From positions 19,658 through 51,657 of the forward strand of contig JAVVVI010000014.1 of the NCBI GenBank assembly GCA_036652735.1: a DNA stretch of 32,000 bases, given 5' to 3'. Positions 17,565 through 25,115 of this stretch are shown here, in pieces. Within the stretch, counting starts at the first letter, position 1. Every line of letters starts with the position of its first letter. This DNA comes from Lachnospiraceae bacterium. GTDB taxonomy: Bacteria > Bacillota > Clostridia > Lachnospirales > Lachnospiraceae. Both the position numbers and the translations under genes were made by a program. The notes below the pieces were generated by a model. That model did no database searches. It was not told where the DNA came from and saw nothing but the letters and a program-made list of their open reading frames with translations.

Positions 17565-18896
17565 TTAGTTAAGTGGCGCGATCCGTATTTTGTACCCGGT
17601 GGCAATGGTGGATAGAATCTTAATTTGAACCGGAAGTGCTTCAGCAGCAGGACATGAATTTGGAGTAATCACAGTACCATTCTTATAGAGACCACCTACA
17701 AATTCTATGAGTTTGGTTGCGGTTTTGGTAACATTGGAATCATAGGCAAACATTTTTTTGGATGCATCCCACCAATCGGGTGTTAGCTGGGCATTGATCC
17801 GCCAAATACGAATCCCCCCTTCTGAGACCGCGTTAAGATTGTTCTTTCGGCGTCCAATATTCTCAATCAGGTAATAGCTGCTGCAATAAGTTCCATCATA
17901 ATTAACGGTGGGAATTAAAATTGTATCCCCATGACTTTCAGCAGTTGGCAGAATACAGGTAACGCCTTCTCCAATTGTGGAGGGATTAATCTTTTGAATA
18001 TGAGAATCCGGAATCCAGCCACACATAATTTTGGAAAATATAGTATGATCTCCGGTCATTTCATCCATCATGTCAAAGCCACCGAGTCCCAGGAAGCCTT
18101 CATGAGTCTCATAGGGTTTGTTATCAACCGAGTAATAATCAGAGAGACCAAGGAGATGCCCGGTTTCATGAATCCATACCTGATTATAATATAATTTATT
18201 ATTACGTAAGGGCTGTGTATCTAAAATCACATATTTTTCCACATGGGTTTCATCAGCGGAATAGGGATTCGTTTCGTTCCATACCGATTGATTGCCCCAC
18301 CAGTCACGATCCCGAAGGGTATTATTTAGAGGAACATTAATGTATAGGGCATCAATTGCACCATCCTTATTCTGGTCATAATCACGATAGTCAAGCTGGG
18401 AATTATAATAGGTAAGGATTTCCTTAATTAATAGTTCGTATCCATCAGAAGAATTTTCAGACTGCCAGGCAGTATCATAGAAATCTCTGGTATTGTTGGT
18501 CTTATAATACAGTACATCCCCTGAAAAGCGAAGCTTCCCAAAGGAAGAACGGGAATAATAAGCGGCGCCACTTTCATAAGGATATTCAAAGGCGCTGGAA
18601 TTTTCCGGACCAAAGATCAGTTCCTGAATCTCATCTGTATTTAAAAGGGTAGCATTTGGGTTGGAATTGGAATTAGAAAAAGTGATATCCTGAAAATCAA
18701 CCACAAATACCAATGCTCTTACATTACCTTGGCGTGGAGCGCAAGGAGAAAATTCGTCCATTGGACAATGGAAGGTGGAACTGTGTCTGCTAACGGTTGG
18801 AACTGGGGTGTAGGAACGAATTTGAATGCATTCCAGGCTTATACAAAAAACAGCGAGTATGGCTAAAACACGTATGACTCTTTTTTTAAGATTCAT
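17565..18896 (-). CDS. Secreted M6-family (immune inhibitor A-like) zinc metalloprotease
   Basis: Signal peptide MNLKKRVIRVLAILAVFCISL, zinc site VWIHETGHLLGLSDYY, and a DQNKDGAIDAL calcium-type loop. I set the start at ATG 18896 after AGGAGA. The track start at 19040 runs through the promoter region. Confidence 0.75.
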   Translation of the reverse strand: MNLKKRVIRVLAILAVFCISLECIQIRSYTPVPTVSRHSSTFHCPMDEFSPCAPRQGNVRALVFVVDFQDITFSNSNSNPNATLLNTDEIQELIFGPENSSAFEYPYESGAAYYSRSSFGKLRFSGDVLYYKTNNTRDFYDTAWQSENSSDGYELLIKEILTYYNSQLDYRDYDQNKDGAIDALYINVPLNNTLRDRDWWGNQSVWNETNPYSADETHVEKYVILDTQPLRNNKLYYNQVWIHETGHLLGLSDYYSVDNKPYETHEGFLGLGGFDMMDEMTGDHTIFSKIMCGWIPDSHIQKINPSTIGEGVTCILPTAESHGDTILIPTVNYDGTYCSSYYLIENIGRRKNNLNAVSEGGIRIWRINAQLTPDWWDASKKMFAYDSNVTKTATKLIEFVGGLYKNGTVITPNSCPAAEALPVQIKILSTIATGYKIRIAPLN

Positions 18897-18938
18897 GGTA
18901 TCTCCTTTTAAAAAATCAATTGGTTTATTGTTAAGAAT

Positions 18939-18967
18939 ATAGTAGCAGAAATTAAGATAAAATTCAA
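18939..18967 (-). promoter_or_regulatory. Sigma-A promoter for the protease / TRIC genes
   Basis: On the - strand, TTGAAT (18962..18967), a 17-nt spacer, then TACTAT (18939..18944), about 40 nt upstream of ATG 18896. Confidence 0.5.
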
Positions 18968-19059
18968 GAAACACTGGCGAAAATAGGATAATTGTGGTAT
19001 TATTTTTAATTATGACATAAGAAGGATTCAGATAGCACAAGAATAAAGGAGATGCACAG

Positions 19060-21057
19060 ATGGTAAGCAGGAAAATTCAAAATGATGAAAGACCAATATT
19101 TCCCAAAAGAGCGGTTATTACCGGTGGAATGCCCTATGGCAATAAGGAATTGCATTTTGGTCATGTGGGAGGAATGTTTGTTCATGCTGACACCTTTGCC
19201 CGCTTTATGAGAGACCGAATCGGAGAGGATAATGTCATTTTTGTATCCGGTACAGACTGCTACGGCTCACCGATTGTTGAAGCATATCGAAAGCTTCAGG
19301 AAAACGGTTATGAAGGCAGCATGGAAGAATATGTAATGAAGAATCATGAGAAACAGAAGAAGACGCTGGAAGATTATGAGATTAGTTTAGATTTCTTTGG
19401 AGCATCTGCATTTGGAGATGCTGCGGACATACACGAAAAGGTATCAGAAGAAGTATTCCAGCAATTATATAAGAATGGATATCTAACCCAGATGTCCACA
19501 CCACAGTTTTTTGATCCGGTAAAAAAGGTGTTTATTAATGGGCGCCAGGTTATTGGTAAATGTCCAATTGAAGGTTGTCAGGCAGAAAAAGCATATGCAG
19601 ATGAATGTGATTTGGGACATCAGTATATGCCATCGGAATTAATTGATCCAATAAGTACATTATCCGGTGAGAAACCAGAGATAAAAAATGTGACAAACTG
19701 GTACTTTAATTTGGATGAATGGATGGAACAGTTACAGGAACGTGCTGAATTTTTAGCGGAGAGTTCCAATACAAGAAAATATGAGATCAAAGCAATTGAG
19801 GAATTCCTAAAGCCGGCATGTATTTATGTTCAGAAAAAACTAATAATTGATCAGAAAAAACTGGAAGAAGCACTTCCGGAACATGAGACAATTGATGAGG
19901 AGAAAAAACCATCGGTAACATTTATATTTCAGAATTTAAAACTAAGAGACGAAGCAAGAGAAATTCTTGATAACGAAGGAATTCATTATCGAACAGGAAA
20001 GACGCTTGTTCCATTCCGTCTATCCGGTAATACACAGTGGGGAGTAGCTGTTCCGGAAAAAGAAGGATTAAAGGATCTTACCTTTTGGGTTTGGCCGGAA
20101 TCTTTGTGGGCACCAATTTCCTTTACCAGAACTTATCTGGAGAAGATAGGACACAAACAGGAGGAATGGAAAGACTGGTGGCAGAATGAAGATGCCTGTG
20201 TTTATCAGTTTATTGGGCAGGACAACATATACTTTTATGGCATAGCAGAAATGGCGGTTTTTGCAGGATTGCAATATCCAAAGGGGGAGGCAATCAATAT
20301 GACCGATATTCAGCTTCCACATATTGTTGCCAATAATCATGTATTGTTTATGGACAAAAAAGCAAGCAGCAGCTCCCAATTGAAACCACCTTCAGCAGAT
20401 GAATTATTAGAACATTATTCAGCGGAACAACTAAGAATGCATTTTCTCAGCCTAGGGTTGTCCACAAAGAGCGTTGGATTCAAACCACAGGTTTATCAGC
20501 CGGAGGAAGAGAGACAGGGACAGGATCCGGTATTAAAAGAAGGAAATTTATTGACGAATGTATTCAACCGTTTAATTCGTTCTTGTTTTTATTCCACACA
20601 GACCTATTATGAAGGAATTCTTCCGGTTGGTACGGTAAGTACAGAGATTCTTGATTTGTCAAAAGAAGCCATTCTTTTATATGAGCGTCATATGTACAAT
20701 CATGAATTCCATAGAATTACCTATGTTCTGGATAGTTATATCAGAGAAATTAATAAGCATTGGGTAAATAACATTAAACAGGCTGAAAAGGATGAAAATG
20801 AACAATTGCGAAAACAAATCCTGGTGGATTGTTTTTACGGAGTAAAAATCATTACAACACTGTTACATCCCATAGCACCGGAAGGATGTGAGATGGTAAG
20901 CGATTACCTGGGAACAGATCAAAGAATTTTTCAATGGGACTATATTTTTGATTCCCTGTATGATATTCTAAATGATCCACAACATCATGTATTGAAATAT
21001 TTGGAACCGAAAATTGACTTTTTTAAAAAACCGGAGTGTCAGTTTTTGGATAAATAG
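19060..21057 (+). CDS. metG: Methionine--tRNA ligase-like class I aminoacyl-tRNA synthetase (MetRS1 type, atypical KMSKS loop, no C-terminal tRNA-binding domain)
   Basis: HIGH motif LHFGHVGG, GTDCYGSPI, the zinc knuckle CPIEGC...ECDLGH, and an anticodon-domain Trp (INKHWVNN). It is collinear with E. coli MetG as I recall it. The KMSKS position reads KASSS (20359..20373). Confidence 0.7.
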   Translation: MVSRKIQNDERPIFPKRAVITGGMPYGNKELHFGHVGGMFVHADTFARFMRDRIGEDNVIFVSGTDCYGSPIVEAYRKLQENGYEGSMEEYVMKNHEKQKKTLEDYEISLDFFGASAFGDAADIHEKVSEEVFQQLYKNGYLTQMSTPQFFDPVKKVFINGRQVIGKCPIEGCQAEKAYADECDLGHQYMPSELIDPISTLSGEKPEIKNVTNWYFNLDEWMEQLQERAEFLAESSNTRKYEIKAIEEFLKPACIYVQKKLIIDQKKLEEALPEHETIDEEKKPSVTFIFQNLKLRDEAREILDNEGIHYRTGKTLVPFRLSGNTQWGVAVPEKEGLKDLTFWVWPESLWAPISFTRTYLEKIGHKQEEWKDWWQNEDACVYQFIGQDNIYFYGIAEMAVFAGLQYPKGEAINMTDIQLPHIVANNHVLFMDKKASSSSQLKPPSADELLEHYSAEQLRMHFLSLGLSTKSVGFKPQVYQPEEERQGQDPVLKEGNLLTNVFNRLIRSCFYSTQTYYEGILPVGTVSTEILDLSKEAILLYERHMYNHEFHRITYVLDSYIREINKHWVNNIKQAEKDENEQLRKQILVDCFYGVKIITTLLHPIAPEGCEMVSDYLGTDQRIFQWDYIFDSLYDILNDPQHHVLKYLEPKIDFFKKPECQFLDK

Positions 21058-21068
21058 GAGTTTAATTT

Positions 21069-22442
21069 ATGAAAAAATTAGCAAGAATTATTGCGTTCGT
21101 ATTGATTGCAGCTCTATTGATAAAACCTCTTCCCACCTATGCGGAGGTAATGGCAGAATCCATTGTATTGAATTCAATGGATGTAAAAGAAATTACGCTC
21201 TCAGAGCTAATTCCGGAGGGAACAACAGAGGTCTATTGGAATATCGAAAATCAGATACCTGCCAAGGGGGAAGGTGAAGTTGTTCAACTATTAGATTCTG
21301 AGCAGCTTGTGGTGCCGGTACCGGCACTCTATCCCCTTGTTAATGGCGCGAGCAGTGTTACTTTAATGGGAATCAACCCGGGAAGTGCAGAACTTGTTTG
21401 TTATCGTCTAAAGGATGAGATTAAGGAAATAATCAAAACGTATAAAATTACTGTTGAGAATAAGTTTACAAGTATAGAATTTAAACAGAAGTCTTATTCG
21501 TTATATATGGGAGCGACTATGAACTTTGTACCAATTGTAAAGAGCAGCAACCCGTCGGTTCCATTAAGCTATTCCTCGTCAAATTCTAAAATTGCCAGAA
21601 TCGATCAAAATGGGACGATTACCGCATTAAAAAGCGGAGTAGTAACCATTACATGTAAAGCATTGGATGGAAGTGGCGCCATAGGAAAATGCAAATTAAA
21701 AGTACTCAAAGAAAAAAAGGGATGGCATGTTACAAAATCAGGAAAAAAATATTATGTGTATTCTTCCGGATACCGTGCAGCAGGGTATCATAAAATGGGA
21801 GATGCTTATTACTATTTTGATCCGAGCACAAGATATATGGAGAAAAATCAATGGGAATATGTAACCATTCAGGATCAAAAATATAAATTAAGATTTGGAC
21901 CAAAAGGGAAGCAGATGCAGGATGTATCAGAATTAATTGGCAAACAGCCTTCTTATCGTTTAAAGGTAAATACCACAACGAATATGGTTACCGTGTATGC
22001 AAAAGATGGTTCCAATGGATATATTCTTCCGGTTCGTGCAATTCTCTGTTCCACAGGAAAGACGGGAACACCAACCAAGGAGGGGACGTTTACATTGAAA
22101 AAGGTAGCACCTTGGCACACCTTGTTTGGAAATGTGTATGGTCAGTATTGTACCAGAATTACAGAGGGCTACCTGTTCCATTCTGTATTTTATTCCGTGC
22201 TTGGAAATCGGAATACCTTGTTTGTGAATGAATATCGAAAATTAGGTGAGAAAGCATCTCATGGCTGTGTGCGTGTAACGGTAGGAGATGCAAAGTGGAT
22301 TTACGATAACTGTATAGGCAGTAAGGTTACCGTTTATGCCAGTGAAAAAAGAGGACCATTGCTGAAACCAAAGGTACCGCCGGTTATTGTATTGCCCGGT
22401 GGTGGCGGCTGTGATCCCACAGATCCGGAGATTAAGAATTAA
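21069..22442 (+). CDS. L,D-transpeptidase (YkuD domain) with Big_2 and cell-wall-binding repeat domains
   Basis: Signal peptide, a Big_2 Ig-like domain (..IARIDQNGTITALKSGVVTITCKA..), Tyr/Gly-rich wall-binding repeats (GWHVTKSGKKYYVYSSG.., GDAYYYFD), and the C-terminal YkuD catalytic motif HSV....SHGCVRV. Confidence 0.85.
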   Translation: MKKLARIIAFVLIAALLIKPLPTYAEVMAESIVLNSMDVKEITLSELIPEGTTEVYWNIENQIPAKGEGEVVQLLDSEQLVVPVPALYPLVNGASSVTLMGINPGSAELVCYRLKDEIKEIIKTYKITVENKFTSIEFKQKSYSLYMGATMNFVPIVKSSNPSVPLSYSSSNSKIARIDQNGTITALKSGVVTITCKALDGSGAIGKCKLKVLKEKKGWHVTKSGKKYYVYSSGYRAAGYHKMGDAYYYFDPSTRYMEKNQWEYVTIQDQKYKLRFGPKGKQMQDVSELIGKQPSYRLKVNTTTNMVTVYAKDGSNGYILPVRAILCSTGKTGTPTKEGTFTLKKVAPWHTLFGNVYGQYCTRITEGYLFHSVFYSVLGNRNTLFVNEYRKLGEKASHGCVRVTVGDAKWIYDNCIGSKVTVYASEKRGPLLKPKVPPVIVLPGGGGCDPTDPEIKN

Positions 22443-23232
22443 GAGATGCTAAGTAGTTCAGGTAGTGGGTGGAAAGTTTGATGTTCGTATAGGTTTCCGC
22501 ATATTTTTTGGAACTATAATCAGGGATATAATTTATAGAATAATTTTTTTGAATACCGGCAGCCTTTGCAAGATCAACAGCTTTGTTGTATGCAATGGCT
22601 GCTGTTATTTCATCACGATAAGTACCAATCAGATAATTGCCATTAATATGAATTTTTACATTATAAAAAGTGTTTCCTTTTTTAGAGATTTTAGTAACAC
22701 CAAAATAGGAATTCAAAATTTGAATATTAGAATAACGAAAATCCGTAGAATCTCCATTCACAAAGCGGTAGTCTTTATTTTCCACACCGTAATTAAGAAT
22801 ACCATATCTGGAAAGAATGGTTACCTGCATTCCATAATCACTTACAAATAAATGTCCCTGTCTTCGCATGATCTTATGAGATGCATAATAAAAGAGATCA
22901 TCACGATCAAATTTCAGTTCATCCTGTTCGGAAATGAAGTATTGAAAAAAATTACGGCGTAAATAAATAGGGGTTTTAAAATACAAGGCATTGTCCCTAA
23001 AATTAAGTAAGGAAATGATTTTATCATGGGAAAGCTGAAAGGAGAGGGCGGTAAAATTTTCAATGGTAATGGAAGTATCAGATACTATTTTTTTTGCATC
23101 AAAATAAGCTTGCGAAGCTTCTTCTTCTGTGAAAAAACTTCCCAGGCTTATGTGTTTTTGATGATAAGTAATATTGGAACGATAGTATGTGGTTCCATCT
23201 TTTTTCTTTGCTAAATATACTCCGGCTAACAT
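22432..23232 (-). CDS. AP2-domain DNA-binding protein: AP2 / degenerate HNH_3-like core / AP2
   Basis: N-terminal AGVYLAKKKDGTTYYRSNITYHQKHISLGSFFTEEEASQAYFDA and C-terminal FGVTKISKKGNTFYNVKIHINGNYLIGTYRDEITAAIAYNKA both fit the AP2 pattern (GV..y.a.I...gk...LG.f.t.eeAa.AY). The middle TILSRYGILNYGVENKDYRFVNGDSTDFRYSNIQIL aligns to HNH_3 (hRLv..f......V.H.dG...NN...NL), with the catalytic His replaced by Phe. Confidence 0.6.
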   Translation of the reverse strand: MLAGVYLAKKKDGTTYYRSNITYHQKHISLGSFFTEEEASQAYFDAKKIVSDTSITIENFTALSFQLSHDKIISLLNFRDNALYFKTPIYLRRNFFQYFISEQDELKFDRDDLFYYASHKIMRRQGHLFVSDYGMQVTILSRYGILNYGVENKDYRFVNGDSTDFRYSNIQILNSYFGVTKISKKGNTFYNVKIHINGNYLIGTYRDEITAAIAYNKAVDLAKAAGIQKNYSINYIPDYSSKKYAETYTNIKLSTHYLNYLASLNS

Positions 23233-23240
23233 TTTTTTAC

Positions 23241-24122
23241 CTATATAGAAAGAATAAAGTTTACAGTGCCAAAGGAAAATGCAATGGGAAGGAGATAAGT
23301 GCTCGGTCCCGGAGAAAGAATCTCAATGCTGTGCATTTCCGGTGGTGCTAACGATAATTCAGTGGAGTAGGAATTGGACATATTTACATTGAACAGGCCA
23401 TTGTGCAGATTGAGAAAATCTTCCATGGAAGCTTCTACATAATCATCATAGGATTCAAAATTCTCACCAACATATCGGGAGGCAAAGGCAACAGCAGTTG
23501 CAACATCCATATCCAATGCAGAAAACAATGAAAATTCACCATTAATTTCTTGAATTGCACAATGATTGGTACGATATTCCTTTAGCGGAGTAATGGTAAT
23601 GGGGGTATAATCATCCCCAATAAACCGAATGAAATTATTAAATAATAATTGTAGATAGGCAACTATTTTATCTGCATTCTCTAAATCACCAAATTCACAG
23701 AATTTGCAAATCAGTTGATTAATAGAATCAAACTGGTCATTTCCATTGCTCAGATCATAAATCTCATTTTCTGTCTGATAATCCGAGAGCAGTTTTTGAA
23801 ACGCTTCATGGGATAGAATCTTTTCTTCCACAAGAATCTGACCCAGTAAAAGATAGTCGGGAGTCTGGCTTGCTAATAATTCAGATACCTGTTCAGCGGT
23901 GAGATATCCTTCTTCAATTGCAAGTTCACCAAACTTTTGATCCTGATGTGTTTGAAGTACAATAATACGATCAACCATACTGGCAGACATAAGACCCGCA
24001 TGTATTGCAAGTGTTCCCAGCTTAATGTGGGTATCGGACTGCTTTTTAAGTGCATTTACCAGTTGAGAAGTTGTAAGAACTCCTTTACTTAATAAGAAAT
24101 TGCCAAATAATTGAGTAAACAT
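23241..24122 (-). CDS. Hypothetical signalling protein: four tandem MshEN/T2SSE_N-like 29-aa repeats plus a CheX/CheC-like C-terminal domain
   Basis: Residues 5-116 form four repeats with an exact 29-aa period (Gly at positions 7, 36, 65 and 94). Each fits x-[LF]-G-xx-hh-xx-[GK]-hh-xxxx-h-xxx-h-xx-Q. The C-terminal half contains ..ATAVAFASRYVG.. and DFLNLHNG, comparable to the CheX E-xx-N-xxx-G motif. The GGGAGA RBS lies inside the end of the upstream receiver gene. Confidence 0.5.
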   Translation of the reverse strand: MFTQLFGNFLLSKGVLTTSQLVNALKKQSDTHIKLGTLAIHAGLMSASMVDRIIVLQTHQDQKFGELAIEEGYLTAEQVSELLASQTPDYLLLGQILVEEKILSHEAFQKLLSDYQTENEIYDLSNGNDQFDSINQLICKFCEFGDLENADKIVAYLQLLFNNFIRFIGDDYTPITITPLKEYRTNHCAIQEINGEFSLFSALDMDVATAVAFASRYVGENFESYDDYVEASMEDFLNLHNGLFNVNMSNSYSTELSLAPPEMHSIEILSPGPSTYLLPIAFSFGTVNFILSI

Positions 24123-24125
24123 GAA

Positions 24126-24503
24126 TTATCTCCCTTCGATTCTTGCATTAACAATTGCTTCTATCTGAGAAATGCTAAAAGGTTTCTGAACAAAATCCTT
24201 TGCACCTGATTCAATTGCGGATTTTAATTGTGATTTGGTACCGACAGAAGAAAGCATTACAATATAGGCAGTTGGGTCAAATTCAAAAATTTGTTTTATA
24301 ACAGCAATGCCATCTAATTTTGGCATTACAATATCTAAGAAAACAAGGTCAGGTTGGTGTTCTTTAAACAGTTCAACGGCACGCTGGCCATTATCAGCTT
24401 CAAAAAATATAGTACACCCCAAAGAAACAAGAACATCATGTATTTGTTTACGCGCTAAAATGGAGTCGTCACTAATTAAAACTTTCATTTCATTTAAGTT
24501 CAT
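24126..24503 (-). CDS. Single-domain CheY-like response regulator (receiver only)
   Basis: Intact receiver signature: DD (LISDDS), a phospho-acceptor Asp in LVFLDIVMP (position 57 counted from ATG 24503), MLSSVG, and Lys in VQKPF. ATG 24503 sits 6 nt after AGGAGG. The track's ATG at 24509 abuts the RBS. Confidence 0.85.
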   Translation of the reverse strand: MNLNEMKVLISDDSILARKQIHDVLVSLGCTIFFEADNGQRAVELFKEHQPDLVFLDIVMPKLDGIAVIKQIFEFDPTAYIVMLSSVGTKSQLKSAIESGAKDFVQKPFSISQIEAIVNARIEGR

Positions 24504-24549
24504 ATACATCCTCCTTATTTACAGTCAAAAGATGACAATAGTATATATT

Positions 24550-24578
24550 ATAGTACACCTTTTTCAGAGAAGATTCAA
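24550..24578 (-). promoter_or_regulatory. Candidate sigma-A promoter of the receiver / MshEN-CheX / AP2 operon
   Basis: On the - strand, TTGAAT (24573..24578), a 17-nt spacer, then TACTAT (24550..24555, embedded in TACTATAAT), about 45 nt upstream of ATG 24503. Confidence 0.45.
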
Positions 24579-24617
24579 TAAAAATATTGTTTTTTCTCTC
24601 TGATTTTTATAAATAGT

Positions 24618-24646
24618 TTGCAAAGTTAGGAAATAGATATTATAAT
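24618..24646 (+). promoter_or_regulatory. Sigma-A promoter of the divergent small membrane-protein gene
   Basis: TTGCAA (24618..24623), a 17-nt spacer, then TATAAT (24641..24646), about 30 nt upstream of ATG 24678. Confidence 0.55.
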
Positions 24647-24677
24647 TGCATTAATAAATAGAAAGGATAGGATAAAA

Positions 24678-25022
24678 ATGACATTATATGTATTGCTTCA
24701 CATTGTTGTTATATTTTTAGGAGGTTACACTGTGTTCTCCGCAATTAACATGAAAAAAGGGAAACTGGCAAAATGGCTGACAAAGGGTGTTACGCTTACA
24801 CCGGAAAGTGACATACAGGGATTTGGAAAAAAGATGTTTGGAATGACGATCTATATTGGTATTATTGTAATTCTGTATGGCGTATTTGGAATTTTAACGA
24901 ACATCTTCCTTAAAAATTTCCAAATGTCATCGGTAATTACCGTATGTTTTGTTATTCTTGGATTAGCTTATATGGTAGTTCTTTCTTCTGCAAAGAGAAA
25001 ATATTTGCAGCTTTTAGGATAA
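24678..25022 (+). CDS. Small hypothetical membrane protein (3 predicted TM helices)
   Basis: A 114-aa ORF with three hydrophobic helices, AGGATAGGA upstream, its own promoter and a strong terminator. I recognise no family. Confidence 0.55.
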   Translation: MTLYVLLHIVVIFLGGYTVFSAINMKKGKLAKWLTKGVTLTPESDIQGFGKKMFGMTIYIGIIVILYGVFGILTNIFLKNFQMSSVITVCFVILGLAYMVVLSSAKRKYLQLLG

Positions 25023-25085
25023 AGAGTCTGCATTGCAGATTCTCGTACCAAAGTGTGGTCAAGTTATGGACTGGTTGCACTTAGT

Positions 25086-25115
25086 AAAAGAGCGCTCCTA
25101 GTGGAGCGCTCTTTT
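25086..25115. terminator. Bidirectional rho-independent terminator
   Basis: Perfect 13-bp hairpin AAAAGAGCGCTCC-TAGT-GGAGCGCTCTTTT with A and T tracts on both sides. It overlaps the citrate synthase stop codon. Confidence 0.85.

Noticed and set aside
18897-19059. T-box leader upstream of the MetRS-like gene
   Set aside because: Only about 160 nt are shared with a divergent promoter. That is too short for a T-box, and no specifier-loop/T-box sequence (AGGGTGGNACCGCG-like) is present.
21014-21277. 87-aa ORF spanning the metG-like / L,D-transpeptidase junction
   Set aside because: It overlaps the ends of two well-supported genes in another frame, has no RBS, and gives a nondescript translation.
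22465-22851. 128-aa + strand ORF opposite the AP2-protein gene (the 62-aa ORF at 23026..23214 is a similar case)
   Set aside because: The Ile/Phe/Asn-rich translation is typical of antisense frames in A/T-rich genes. The - strand frame gives clear AP2-type motifs and sits in an operon with proper RBS spacing.
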